A stretch of DNA of 64,000 nucleotides from an uncultured delta proteobacterium (GTDB lineage Bacteria > Desulfobacterota > Binatia > Bin18), in assembly GCA_963733195.1 (NCBI GenBank), contig CAVTCR010000003.1, positions 27,600 to 91,599 on the forward strand, written 5' to 3'. Below are positions 22,523-32,538 of this stretch, in pieces; the stretch's first letter is position 1, and every line of letters starts with the position of its first letter. Under the pieces are notes generated by a model. It searched no databases. It saw only the letters and a program-made list of their open reading frames with translations, and was not told the origin of the DNA. The translations under genes and the position numbers were made by a program.

Positions 22523-23401
22523 TCACGCACCTAAGAGTCCACGCAGTGTTGCGAGGTTCTCAAGGTCTTCATGACAGTCGTCACTTTTGGGAGTTTCCAA
22601 ACACATGGGTAATCCCCAGAAGCGCTTGTCATTCATCAGTAGTCGAAACGCTTCCAGGCCGATAAATCCTTTGCCGATGTGTTCGTGACGATCGACCCGA
22701 CAGCCGAGATCCTTCTTTGCGTCGTTTAAATGAAACGCGACCAAGCGCTTGAGACCGATGGTCTCATCAAACTCAGCAAATGTCCGATCGTATCCCTCTT
22801 TCGTGCGCAGGTCATAACCAGCTGCAAACGCATGCTCGGTGTCAAAGCAGACACGTAATTGATCAGGATTTTTGCTCGCATCGATGATCTGTCGCACGTG
22901 TTGAAAGCGATAGCCTAAGGTCGACCCCTGCCCTGCGGTAATTTCAATGGCCAGTTTAGTTTCGTAGCCAGGACAGGCTTTATGCATTTCATCAATCGAC
23001 TTGACGATCGTTTGGATCCCGACTTCCTCTCCGGTGCCCACATGCGCACCAGGATGAGCGATGAGATAGACGATGCCAAGCGCTTCGCAGCGTTCCATCT
23101 CATCGATGAGTCCAGCGACTGACTTCTTTCGTAGCGCATCATCAGGAGCAGCGAAGTTATAGAGATATGAGTCGTGGGCCACGACCGTCGTGAGACCGGT
23201 CTCCTTTTTTGCCCGGTGAAAGCGAGCGATTTCCTCTGTGCTAAGCGGCTTGCTCACCCACTGACGCGAGGACTTGGTGAAGAGCTGTACCGTATCACAG
23301 CCAACCTCTTGTCCCTGGAGCACCGCATTATCGACCCCACCAGCGATCGACATGTGCGCCCCAAGTAATGGACCTTTATGAGCAGTCGCTTTTTTGGCCA
23401 T
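22523..23401 (-). CDS. nfo: Endonuclease IV (AP endonuclease)
   Basis: LGAHMSIAGG, HDSYL, HPG, FHLND, DRHEHIG, LETP. Confidence 0.93.
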   Translation of the reverse strand: MAKKATAHKGPLLGAHMSIAGGVDNAVLQGQEVGCDTVQLFTKSSRQWVSKPLSTEEIARFHRAKKETGLTTVVAHDSYLYNFAAPDDALRKKSVAGLIDEMERCEALGIVYLIAHPGAHVGTGEEVGIQTIVKSIDEMHKACPGYETKLAIEITAGQGSTLGYRFQHVRQIIDASKNPDQLRVCFDTEHAFAAGYDLRTKEGYDRTFAEFDETIGLKRLVAFHLNDAKKDLGCRVDRHEHIGKGFIGLEAFRLLMNDKRFWGLPMCLETPKSDDCHEDLENLATLRGLLGA

Positions 23402-23433
23402 GACACTTCTTTAAGGGAGGAGCATATACAGGT

Positions 23434-24330
23434 CTAGGGGGTCCCTGGAGGAAGAGCCGCAAGCTCACGGACAACCGTAATCAAAGCGCCCCAATCTAAC
23501 TCGCCACGTCCATTGGCAGCTGCGGCACGAAGATGTTGGTGAGCAAGATCTGCAAGCGGCAACGGTGCTTGCACTTGATCGGCTAATTTCCGCATGAGCC
23601 CCACGTCTTTCAACCCAAGCCGCAATACAAAGCCTGGTGGGACAAACTCGTTGCGCGCCATGCGTGTCCCATACCCTTGAAAGAGCGGAACCGGCAGCAG
23701 TGCTTTGATGACTTCGAGAACCGTATCAACCTTGAGCCCTGACTTCTCGGCCAAGGTAAAGGCTTCACTCAGTGTTTCTATCGCCGAGATGACAAAAAAG
23801 TTGCCAACCAATTTGAGTACACTGGCGAGGTGGGGGTCTGTACCGACAACGATCACGCCTTGCCCCATCGCAGTAAACAATGGACGACATTGTTCGATTG
23901 CGCCTGCTGGCCCAGCCGGGCAGATCCATAACTTGGCCGCGGCTGCAGCTTCAGGTCGGCCAAAGACTGGTGCCGCAATGAAATGAGTCCCTCGCGTACT
24001 GTATTCTTGGGCTAACCGCTTGGTCGTGTCAGGAGAGACAGTGCTCATATCAACATGAATGCCACCTTTCTGTAGCCCAGCGAGAACGCCTCGTTCCCCT
24101 AGCGCAACATCTTCAAGCGCAGCGTCATCAGCAAGAATGCTCAGAACGATAGGAGCCTGTTCGCTAACGGCACATGGCGAAGATTCCCATCGCGCCCCCT
24201 GAGCAAGCAAACTCTCCGCCCGAGCCGCAGTACGATTAAAAACATGTAGTGCGTATCCAGCTTTTAACACATTCTGCGCCATCGGCAGCCCCATGTTACC
24301 AAGTCCGACAAACCCAACTGTCGTAGTCAT
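23434..24330 (-). CDS. NAD(P)-dependent beta-hydroxyacid dehydrogenase (3-hydroxyisobutyrate dehydrogenase family)
   Basis: VGFVGLGNMGLPMA, DMSTVSP, AAPVFG, KLVGN. Confidence 0.88.
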   Translation of the reverse strand: MTTTVGFVGLGNMGLPMAQNVLKAGYALHVFNRTAARAESLLAQGARWESSPCAVSEQAPIVLSILADDAALEDVALGERGVLAGLQKGGIHVDMSTVSPDTTKRLAQEYSTRGTHFIAAPVFGRPEAAAAAKLWICPAGPAGAIEQCRPLFTAMGQGVIVVGTDPHLASVLKLVGNFFVISAIETLSEAFTLAEKSGLKVDTVLEVIKALLPVPLFQGYGTRMARNEFVPPGFVLRLGLKDVGLMRKLADQVQAPLPLADLAHQHLRAAAANGRGELDWGALITVVRELAALPPGTP

Positions 24331-24465
24331 GATTCCTCCTTTCAGTAGAGTAAGAACCGGATGCAGTTCTTTTCGCCCTTGCGGCTTACTATGGGGCTGA
24401 AAGGAGCACAAGAGAGGGAACGTCTGGCGAGAAACCGAGCTGAAAAAGGTTGGTGAAGGATCTGG

Positions 24466-24506
24466 CGGGGAGTCGCCTCGTTCGGTCGACGAGGACCAAC
24501 TCCCCG
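24466..24506 (-). terminator. GC-rich hairpin downstream of the Tyr/Arg-rich gene
   Basis: cggggagt...actccccg outer stem with inner cctcgt/acgagg pairing; no clear U-tract. Confidence 0.4.
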
Positions 24507-24528
24507 AATTGAGGTGGAGGTAAAAGGG

Positions 24529-24906
24529 TTAGTAGCGAGGAATTAGGAGATCCCACCAGGGGAAGTTCCCGGTCTGAGGATAGGAAGAACCACCATAGTA
24601 ACCGTTGTTAGGATAGTAAGAACCGCCATAGTAACCGTCGTTATAGCGCGGCTGGCTGTAGGTGCGGCGACGGTAATAGTCATCATCGTCATAGCGATTA
24701 TAGTAGCGATCGTTGTAACGCCCACGACTATAATAGGAACGATCACGGTTATAGTACGGGCGATTATAATAGGAGCGGTCGTAGTACGATTGACCGTAGC
24801 GTGGCTTACAGTGTTTGTATTTCTTGGCAAAGGCCGATGGGGTCAAGAGAAAAACTGCCATAAGGGGAACAATAAGGAAAAACAACTTTTTCATCTTGGT
24901 CTTCAT
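24529..24906 (-). CDS. Secreted low-complexity Tyr/Arg/Gly-rich protein
   Basis: aaggaggt RBS; signal peptide ending AFA; YYxR and GYYGG repeats. Confidence 0.7.
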   Translation of the reverse strand: MKTKMKKLFFLIVPLMAVFLLTPSAFAKKYKHCKPRYGQSYYDRSYYNRPYYNRDRSYYSRGRYNDRYYNRYDDDDYYRRRTYSQPRYNDGYYGGSYYPNNGYYGGSSYPQTGNFPWWDLLIPRY

Positions 24907-25061
24907 AACGACCTCCTTATGAAGGAGAAAAACACAAAACGCGTGCAGAAGTCGCGCATACAAACTCAGACCACCCGAATCCTGTGAGGGAAGGCTTTCT
25001 CTAGAATTGACTTCTTTTGTTCCCACCCATAGTAAGGATGCGACTCGAAAGGAGTTTTTCC

Positions 25062-25694
25062 GTGCAAAGACCGAAGCGTGAGTCTGGAAATGAGGCGGAG
25101 TCCTTCCCCTGCGACGAATGCCTCTCCCCTCGAAGTCTGAGTCGCCGAAGCCTACTGAAATCTGTGCTTGGCGTGGGCCTCACGCTTTCCTTCGTCGAGC
25201 AGACTGCACATGCGCAGACCGATCCCAAGAAAGCACGGCCACAAGTAGGAGATCATTTCGTCTTTGCCCTGGGAGACCGTAGCGGGCAACTCATTACCCA
25301 GCAAGATGTGCAAATCGGTGGCCCACCGGTAACCGCATACCCAAAAGACCCTACTACCCAGATCGTGCGTGACGGATCACGGCTCAACCGCGTACTACTG
25401 GTTCGGCTGGCACCGGAGACACTCACTGAGCAGACGCGCACGGTCGCCGCTGAGGGCATCGTCGGGTATTCTGCGGTCTGCACACATACAGGATGCGACG
25501 TCGTGGGATGGGAAAATACGACGCAGCACCTAGTTTGCCCTTGTCACACCTCAGCCTTTGACGCGAAAGATCGGGCTCGGGTTGTCAGTGGCCCAGCACC
25601 AAAGTCACTCGCCGCGCTGCCGCTACAGGTCGTTGATGGCAAGCTCACCGTCGCAGGACCGTTTTCAGGCCGTGTCGGCGCTGAACAGAAATGA
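25062..25694 (+). CDS. Tat-exported Rieske [2Fe-2S] protein (start approximate)
   Basis: SRRSLLK twin-arginine motif; CTHTGC and CPCHTS Rieske boxes; GPAPKSL. Confidence 0.88.
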   Translation: MQRPKRESGNEAESFPCDECLSPRSLSRRSLLKSVLGVGLTLSFVEQTAHAQTDPKKARPQVGDHFVFALGDRSGQLITQQDVQIGGPPVTAYPKDPTTQIVRDGSRLNRVLLVRLAPETLTEQTRTVAAEGIVGYSAVCTHTGCDVVGWENTTQHLVCPCHTSAFDAKDRARVVSGPAPKSLAALPLQVVDGKLTVAGPFSGRVGAEQK

Positions 25695-25703
25695 GGAGAG
25701 ACC

Positions 25704-27554
25704 ATGTCTCAGAGACTATGGAAGCATTTAGGAATCGAGTCATTGCGAGCGAAGCGAAGCAATCTCTGTCCTCAAAATAGATTGCTTCGTCGCCTCCAGC
25801 TCCTCGCAATGACACTTGTCCCTACTTTTCAAACCGGTGCGAAGACAATCACTTTTCTCACTGCCTTCGTCGTTAGCATATTCGCTAACCTAGCGTCCGC
25901 TCAACCCTTGAAGACATATCAACCTGTGACCAGTGAGCGGCTTTTGCATCCAGAACCGCAGAATTGGTTGATGTATCGTGGCACCTACGACAGTTGGGGT
26001 TATAGCTCCCTAAACCAAATCAACCGCAAAAACGTGAGACGCTTAGTGCCAGTGTGGACATTTTCTACAGGCGTAGGGGAAGGTCATCAGTCTCCTCCTA
26101 TCGTTAATAACGGCATCATGTTCATCACCACGCCACAGAACCAAGTGCTCGCATTGGATGCGAAGACCGGCGACTTATTGTGGCGCTACAAACATGAGTT
26201 GCCAGAAGACCTGTTCCAACTCCATCCCACCAATCGTGGCGTTGCTTTGTATGGAGACAAGGTCTACCTGGCGACGGTTGACGCCCATCTGGTTGCCCTG
26301 AATGCTCGTACCGGCGAGGTAGTGTGGGATCAGACAGTTGAGAAGTATCTCACCGGCTATTACATGACACTCGCTCCACTTGTTGTACGCGGCAAGGTCA
26401 TGGTCGGTGTGTCGGGAGGAGAGTTCGGCATTCGTGGCTTCGTACAAGCGTTTGATGCCGAGACTGGCCAATCTGCTTGGAAGACCTACACTGTCCCTGG
26501 CCCCGGCGAGCCTGGAAACGAAAGCTGGCCTGGGGATACGTGGAAGAACGGCGCGGTTCCCATATGGATCACTGGGAGTTATGACCCCCAGCTCAACCTT
26601 ACGTACTGGGGGACAGGAAACGCTGGACCGTTCATGGGAGAGACACGTTCGGGGGATAACCTGTACGCGAACTCCGTTATCGCTTTGGATGCTGATACTG
26701 GAGCGCTGAAAGCTCACCATCAGTATCACTGGAACGACTCATGGGATTGGGATGAAGTCTCTGCGCCGATTCTGCTCGATGTACAGCGCAATGGGCGCGC
26801 GATCAAAGCGTTGGTGCATCCTGCCCGTAATGGCTATCTATGGCTCCTCGAACGCAGCGCCGACAAGATCACCTATGTCCATGCCGAACCATTCGTGAAG
26901 CAGAATGTCTTCACGAAGTTGGACCCCGAAACCGGACGACCAACATACAATCCCGAACGGATTCCAGGGATCGGTAAGCGCGCAGAATTTTGTCCATCGG
27001 TCTGGGGTGGAAAAGACTGGCCACCGGCAGCCTACAACCCAACGACAGGCTATCTCTATGTTCCTGCCAATGAAAATCTGTGTAGCGCCTTAAAAGGAAA
27101 CCCAGCGACGTACACACCGGGCCAGTTGTATATTGGTCTTGAAATTACGGATATCGAGCTTCTCCCGCAGAAGGGAGCGAAAGATCATATTGGTGAATTA
27201 CAAGCGTGGGATATGAACGCCGGAAAGAAAGTGTGGACGAAAACGTTCAAGTCTCACAATTGGGGACCTGTACTCACTACCGGTGGCGGACTCGTGTTTC
27301 TTGGTGGTACCAATGACCGCTACTTCCGTGCCTTTGATGCCAAGACCGGAAAGTTGTTATGGCAGCAACGCACCAACTCCGGCGTTACCGGGGTGCCGAG
27401 CACATATCAAGTCGATGGCGTGCAGTACATCGCGGTCCAATCCGGCTGGGGTGTCGATGCCCAACGCAAACAAGAATTACTCGACAAAGCCTCTGGTACC
27501 AAGACGTTTGTCCCGCAAGGAGGAGTGCTGTGGGTGTTTGCGTTGGGGAAGTAA
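25704..27554 (+). CDS. PQQ-dependent dehydrogenase, methanol/ethanol family, putatively lanthanide-dependent
   Basis: NRGVALY, GGEFGIRG, GTGN, WDWD and Trp-docking repeats; no vicinal Cys-Cys. Confidence 0.88.
   Translation: MSQRLWKHLGIESLRAKRSNLCPQNRLLRRLQLLAMTLVPTFQTGAKTITFLTAFVVSIFANLASAQPLKTYQPVTSERLLHPEPQNWLMYRGTYDSWGYSSLNQINRKNVRRLVPVWTFSTGVGEGHQSPPIVNNGIMFITTPQNQVLALDAKTGDLLWRYKHELPEDLFQLHPTNRGVALYGDKVYLATVDAHLVALNARTGEVVWDQTVEKYLTGYYMTLAPLVVRGKVMVGVSGGEFGIRGFVQAFDAETGQSAWKTYTVPGPGEPGNESWPGDTWKNGAVPIWITGSYDPQLNLTYWGTGNAGPFMGETRSGDNLYANSVIALDADTGALKAHHQYHWNDSWDWDEVSAPILLDVQRNGRAIKALVHPARNGYLWLLERSADKITYVHAEPFVKQNVFTKLDPETGRPTYNPERIPGIGKRAEFCPSVWGGKDWPPAAYNPTTGYLYVPANENLCSALKGNPATYTPGQLYIGLEITDIELLPQKGAKDHIGELQAWDMNAGKKVWTKTFKSHNWGPVLTTGGGLVFLGGTNDRYFRAFDAKTGKLLWQQRTNSGVTGVPSTYQVDGVQYIAVQSGWGVDAQRKQELLDKASGTKTFVPQGGVLWVFALGK
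25739..25813. repeat. 75-bp REP/RPE-like palindromic element in frame within the PQQ dehydrogenase 5' region
   Basis: Terminal IR GTCATTGCGAG/CTCGCAATGAC and inner IR GAAGCAATCT/AGATTGCTTC. Confidence 0.85.
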
Positions 27555-27648
27555 AGCTGCATTCGACCATTGATGGGTCCGATCTTAGGGTCATTAAGCG
27601 CACCCGCGCCTCTGCCGGGCTTGATCCACTTTATTTGATACTGCTTGA

Positions 27649-28224
27649 TCAGCGCAGCACGCCAGCGGCTTTTGCCGTGTGCGTCGCAATCGCATCCATC
27701 AACGGCGGAGATAAACAATCATAGGGTTCGAGGCCAAGCTCTCTCACTCTGGCTCTGATCGCGCTCATGTCATTGGGGTTGGCTCCGGACTCGATAATAG
27801 AAGAAACAAAAGCCGCGAATTCCGGTGGTGCCCAACCTGCATCGGCTGAGAGTTCTGTGTGAATAAAATCCAAGCCGAAGAACGGATGCTTGTCGTTATC
27901 GATGCGTCCGTACATGTGCACTCCGCACTCTTTGCAAGCGTAGCGTTTGATGACTGCGCTCGGATCCACGACTTTTAACTTGTCCTCATTAGCTGTCACT
28001 TTGAGGTTAACACGCGGCACCACTGCCACCTGCGAGAACAGCGCACCTGCTGGCTTCCAGCACTTGGTGCATCCACAGATGTGGTTATGAGCGCACTGGC
28101 CGGTAATCGCTACTGCGACCTTCTTGTTAGAGCAATGGCAGGATAGCGTCCCGCCCGCGAAGTTTGCTGCAGCAGGTTTCGCACCCTGATCGACCGCTGG
28201 ATGTATGGCAATAGTTTTGGACAT
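27649..28224 (-). CDS. gfa: Glutathione-dependent formaldehyde-activating enzyme (S-(hydroxymethyl)glutathione synthase)
   Basis: [42 protein letters not shown]. Confidence 0.93.
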   Translation of the reverse strand: MSKTIAIHPAVDQGAKPAAANFAGGTLSCHCSNKKVAVAITGQCAHNHICGCTKCWKPAGALFSQVAVVPRVNLKVTANEDKLKVVDPSAVIKRYACKECGVHMYGRIDNDKHPFFGLDFIHTELSADAGWAPPEFAAFVSSIIESGANPNDMSAIRARVRELGLEPYDCLSPPLMDAIATHTAKAAGVLR

Positions 28225-28390
28225 GACTGATTCCCTCCTTTTCGGTCATTTCCTATCGACTTTTTTACGAGGTTGCACTCAAGTTTCCGCGCATCCTTCT
28301 GTAGCCATTAGCAGAAACATGCCTCAATCGGTAGACCGAACCCCACGATGGAGCGGATTCTCAACCCTCATGACGTGAGCTTAGCCACTA

Positions 28391-28996
28391 CTATGCTGCC
28401 GTGCTCGGACGCTGCTGTATCGCGTTATACCAGCGGTCGAGGTGCCTCCACGCTGGATCGAGCCTAAACTGCGACGCAGCAGCGAAGTCAATTCCGACAA
28501 ACAGTGTAATATCAGCAAGTGAGAACAGTCCGGCGACCCACTCGTGCTCTTTGAGCTGATTGTTGATCAGCGCCAGACGATTGCGCAGCACCTGTCCAGC
28601 CTCTTCTACCACCTTCGCGTTCTGCTCGACCCGTGTGGCAAAAAAGGGGTTGGAATGAAAGAACCGCCGAGTGGCCTGCAGGAACACCCCCAACTCACAG
28701 CGACGTTCCCATGCCCGTACCAGCGCCCGGCTCACCAGGTCTGTTCCCAACAGCGGCGGCTCCGGATGGAGTTCCTCGATGTACTCGATGATTGCCAGTG
28801 ACTCCGGGATCACAGTACCATCATCAAGCTCAAGAATGGGAACCGCCCCAAAAGGATTACGTTGTAAGAACTCGGGTGACTGCTGTTCTCTAGACAGTAG
28901 ATTCACCGGCTCTACTGGCACGGTCAGTCCCTTTTCAGCCAGATATATGCGCACTTTGCGACAGTTGGGTGATTGAGGAAAGTCGAAGAGTTTCAT
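28391..28996 (-). CDS. Glutathione S-transferase
   Basis: MKLFDFPQSPNCRKV, NPFGAVPIL, ESLAII, FSLADI. Confidence 0.9.
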   Translation of the reverse strand: MKLFDFPQSPNCRKVRIYLAEKGLTVPVEPVNLLSREQQSPEFLQRNPFGAVPILELDDGTVIPESLAIIEYIEELHPEPPLLGTDLVSRALVRAWERRCELGVFLQATRRFFHSNPFFATRVEQNAKVVEEAGQVLRNRLALINNQLKEHEWVAGLFSLADITLFVGIDFAAASQFRLDPAWRHLDRWYNAIQQRPSTAA

Positions 28997-29040
28997 CGTC
29001 GTCTTATCCTTTCCTGCCAGTGTGTCGTGCTGTGCCCAGG

Positions 29041-29301
29041 TCACGTGCCGTACTTCTTGGAAGGCTTCTCGCGCACGGCCAGCGGCGCGGTCGATGCGGT
29101 GATGCCCTCCAATACTACCGACGGCAGCTTCCCAGCGCCTAAAACTTCCTTGGCGTCCAGAATCTCGATGCCCACGAGCTTTTCGCCCTTGCCGATATTG
29201 AGGGCAATTTCCTCGTTCAACCGCACAGTGCGGCACTCGTGCTTGCCTTCGATCAGGCGAATGTAGAGGGCGTCAATTTCGGAATCGTAGCTAATTCTCA
29301 T
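29041..29301 (-). CDS. DUF2283-like protein (predicted antitoxin)
   Basis: MRISYDSEIDALYIRL...LVGIEILDA. Confidence 0.8.
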   Translation of the reverse strand: MRISYDSEIDALYIRLIEGKHECRTVRLNEEIALNIGKGEKLVGIEILDAKEVLGAGKLPSVVLEGITASTAPLAVREKPSKKYGT

Positions 29302-29551
29302 GGCTCGCCGGCAAGACAGACTCATTTTGCATAAGGGCGCGCGCGTGCGTAATCTCGCGCTTGCCTACCGCACGCACCTGCGATGCTTCCACAGTCACCA
29401 CTGCGGCGGTCTTGCCTTCGAGAGTCGTGAACTCCACTTCATAAGCGCCGCCGTCCCGATAGACATGCACCACTGTTCCCACATCGCCCGCCTCCAACCC
29501 GACGGAAGGGACGGGTGCCTTCAATACCACTCGATCATGTTCCTTGATCAT
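29291..29551 (-). CDS. DUF4926-like protein (predicted immunity protein/antitoxin)
   Basis: IKEHDRVVL...GLEAGDVGTVVHVY...YEVEF. Confidence 0.82.
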   Translation of the reverse strand: MIKEHDRVVLKAPVPSVGLEAGDVGTVVHVYRDGGAYEVEFTTLEGKTAAVVTVEASQVRAVGKREITHARALMQNESVLPASHEN

Positions 29552-29559
29552 ATTGTCTC

Positions 29560-29810
29560 TCACTCCTCATAAGGATAAGCCGTGACCAGTCGCGGCATGT
29601 CCGCCCCGCGCTCCACAATCCAAATGGTTTGCACCATCGCCACTCTACCGCTCGGCGATTCAATTTTGCCAACTATAACATATCACGCTGAAACCCGAGT
29701 CCCTCGAAAAACTGTGCTTTGCCGCCATTGTCGGGATGACCAGCGTTGAGCAGGTAGCTAACGATCTTGTCACGCTCCACCACGGTATTGTCGGCGTTGG
29801 GCAATTTCAT
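29560..29810 (-). pseudogene. DUF6883-like predicted toxin with internal deletion and frameshift
   Basis: MKLPNAD...YLLNAGHPDNGGKAQFFEGLGF jumps out of frame to YVIVGKIESPSGR...TIWIVE...PRLVTAYP; ATGA overlap with the R-M gene stop. Confidence 0.75.
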
Positions 29811-31082
29811 CTCTGCCCGCTCTCCTCCACCAGCTTGATTTCTTCAGGCGTCAGGTCGTAGAGCTTATACACAAGCTGGTCAATCTCCCGCTCCAGGGCC
29901 GACACGTCCGCCACTGGCGTCGCGCTTGCTTAGCCGCCAACACCCGCTCCACCAAGCCCACCAATACCGCACGTTCCACAGGCGAGGCAGGCGGAATGGG
30001 AATCTGTTCGACATACTGCGTCCAAAAGCGCAGATAGCCGCCCCGGATTTGGGCGCTCAGGTTGACGTAGAAGTGCTGGACCGCCTTCGCATTCAAAACG
30101 GCCAACAAATACAAATCAGCGGTGGCTGCGCAGTAGGCTGTGTTGCTGAAAAACGCGCCCTTCGTATCCAGGGCGAAGCGCAAATCGTTCGCGATGTCAG
30201 GGAAGATGATTTTCGGCTGAGCGTAGGCGGTGGTGAATTTCTCCTGCGGCTGCTGGAGTTCATACCACGCTTGCTCAGTGGCGCGGCCTTCGAGTTGTTT
30301 TCTGAATGGGCGGAGGTGGTCAAGCACGGCATCCAAGCCCTTCGTTGAAACGCCGTGAGGCATGTAGAGCATCCACTGATCGGGAGCTTCGCACACCCAT
30401 TTGCGGACGTGCTTGCCGCCGAGGTAGGGCTTGATGATTCCGGCAGCCTTGGGCGACTCGGTAATGAGCGCGGCTCGTTGCAGTCCGTCGATGATGAAAG
30501 CTTCATTCAAGCCGCTCTTGATGCCCATGAAGATTTTGCCGTCGATGTGTTTGCCCAAAGGTGTGCCGGTGGCTTTCATTTTCTCCAGCAAGCGCAACGT
30601 TGCGGGGGATTCTAGCCGCCAAGCGAAGCCTTTCTGCGGTAATACTGTGGTTGGCAGATGGGCGAAGCGTGGCAGTTCGGCTTCGGTTCTGACGTTGAGC
30701 GTTTGAAAGTAATGGTTCTTCTCCGGCTGGCGGTTGCGGGCGATTACGATGCATGGGTAGGCGGTGGCCTTGAAGATGGGCAAGTCGCCAAAATCTATCA
30801 CTGCGCGCAACTCGGTCTTCGCCGCCAGGAATTCTCTGAGAGGCTCGCCGTAACCAGCGCGGAAGAACTTGTTGGAAGTGATGAAAGAAAGCACTCCGCC
30901 TCCGGCCAGCAGTTGGAAAGCGCAGGCGTAGAAGTAGCAATACAAGTCGGCCCGATCGCTGTGGACGTGGGGATAGCGGGCGCGGAGTCCCGGCTTGAGG
31001 TCTTTGAAAAGTTCCATCCGCACGTATGGTGGGTTGGCGATCACGACATCGAATCCACGCTTCTTGTCAAACACCTCTGAGA

Positions 31083-32538
31083 CTCGACTTTGGCCATTGT
31101 CAGATAGCAGGAGGGGGAAGTCTTCTCTAGGATAGAGTTGCTGTTCCACGGCAAACTCGCACTCTGGAGGTACTCCATGCCCTCACTGCCCGTTGAGATG
31201 ATAGTGCTGCTGGCCCCCTTTGCGCAACTCTTTGCGGACCGGGTCTGGCTGCACGCCCAGGTGCTCGTGGTTGGGGCGATTTTAGCGCCAGGCAAACGCA
31301 CGGTCAGTAGTTGCTTGCGGGTGATGGGGTTGAGCGGGGAGGCGCACTTTACCAACTATCATCGGGTGTTGAACCGTGCGCAGTGGTCGACGTTGCAAGT
31401 GGGGAAGATCATGCTGGGCCTGCTGGTGAGGGCCTTCGTGCCGCCGGGAGCTGTGATCGTGCTGGGGGCGGACGATACGGTGGAGCGGCGCAGCGGGCGC
31501 AAGATCAAGGCGAAGGGCTGTTATCGCGATGCCGTGCGGTCGTCCAAGAAGCACGTGGTGAAGTGTTTTGGGCTGAAGTGGGTGACAATGATGGTGTTAG
31601 TCCCAGTCCCCTGGGCGCAACGCGTGTGGGCGTTGCCCTTTTTGACCGTCCTGTGCTGGCCGCCCAAGTCGCGCCACAAGCGTCGGCACAAGAGTAGTGT
31701 GGACGGAGTCAGGCAGATGATGCAGCAAGTGCGGCGCTGGCTGCCGCAGCGGCTGCTCGTCTTGGTGGTCGATGGTGGGTTTGCCGCGGTGGCTTTAGCT
31801 TTGGCCTGCACCGCTAGTGAGGTGGTGATGGTGAGTCGCTTGCGGCTGGATGCGGCGCTCTACCACCCGCCCGAGCCCCGCCCGGCAAATGCGCCGGGGC
31901 GCAAGCCGACCAAGGGCCCGCGCCAACGGAGTCTGAAGGTCTGGGCGGCACGGACGGATACCCCCTGGGAGTCCGCGGTCGTCGACTGGTATCACGGGGA
32001 GCAGAAAACGCTACAGGTCTTCTCCCGTACGGCGCTGTGGTACACCTCGGGCTGGGCCCCGGTGGCGATTCGCTTTGTGTTGGTGCGCGATCCTGAAGGA
32101 CGGCTGGCGGATGCGGCCTTCTTCTGTACTGACCTCCAGGCTACCCCGATCCAGATCATCGAGTGGGTGGTAATGCGCTGGTCAGTTGAGGTGACATTTG
32201 AAGAGGCCCGCGCTCATCTGGGGCTGGAAACCCAACGTCAGTGGTCCGAGAAAGCGATTGCCCGAACCGCCCCCGTCCTGCTCGGCCTCTTTTCCCTGGT
32301 CACGCTCCTGGCGCTGCGGTTCTGCCCCACCGGCCACATCCCAGTAGAGACCTCGGCGTGGTATCAAAAATCGACCGCCACCTTCACTGACTGTCTGACT
32401 TTGGTACGGCGCCATCTCTGGCGTGCTCGGTATTTGAACAACTCTGCTCTCCAAACCGACCTCGTGCAATTGTCGCGGGAAGCCTTCGAGTGCTTGCTGG
32501 CGGACCTCCCTCTAGCGGCCTAAATGGTCAAAGTTGAG
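31083..32538 (+). mobile_element. 1456-bp IS701-like (DDE) insertion sequence with 16-bp TIRs and 5-bp TSD TGAGA
   Basis: IRL CTCGACTTTGGCCATT, IRR (revcomp) CTCAACTTTGACCATT; TGAGA at 31078-31082 and 32539-32543; excision restores VYFSEVF in the host gene. Confidence 0.92.
31177..32523 (+). CDS. DDE transposase (IS701-like)
   Basis: GADDT, VVDGGF, RWSVEVTFEE; ggagg RBS; intact ORF. Confidence 0.9.
   Translation: MPSLPVEMIVLLAPFAQLFADRVWLHAQVLVVGAILAPGKRTVSSCLRVMGLSGEAHFTNYHRVLNRAQWSTLQVGKIMLGLLVRAFVPPGAVIVLGADDTVERRSGRKIKAKGCYRDAVRSSKKHVVKCFGLKWVTMMVLVPVPWAQRVWALPFLTVLCWPPKSRHKRRHKSSVDGVRQMMQQVRRWLPQRLLVLVVDGGFAAVALALACTASEVVMVSRLRLDAALYHPPEPRPANAPGRKPTKGPRQRSLKVWAARTDTPWESAVVDWYHGEQKTLQVFSRTALWYTSGWAPVAIRFVLVRDPEGRLADAAFFCTDLQATPIQIIEWVVMRWSVEVTFEEARAHLGLETQRQWSEKAIARTAPVLLGLFSLVTLLALRFCPTGHIPVETSAWYQKSTATFTDCLTLVRRHLWRARYLNNSALQTDLVQLSREAFECLLADLPLAA

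Noticed and set aside
28391-29236. 281-aa GST with a long N-terminal extension
   Set aside because: The extension is an alternate frame of the DUF2283-like gene; an RBS and ATG at 28996 give a normal GST.
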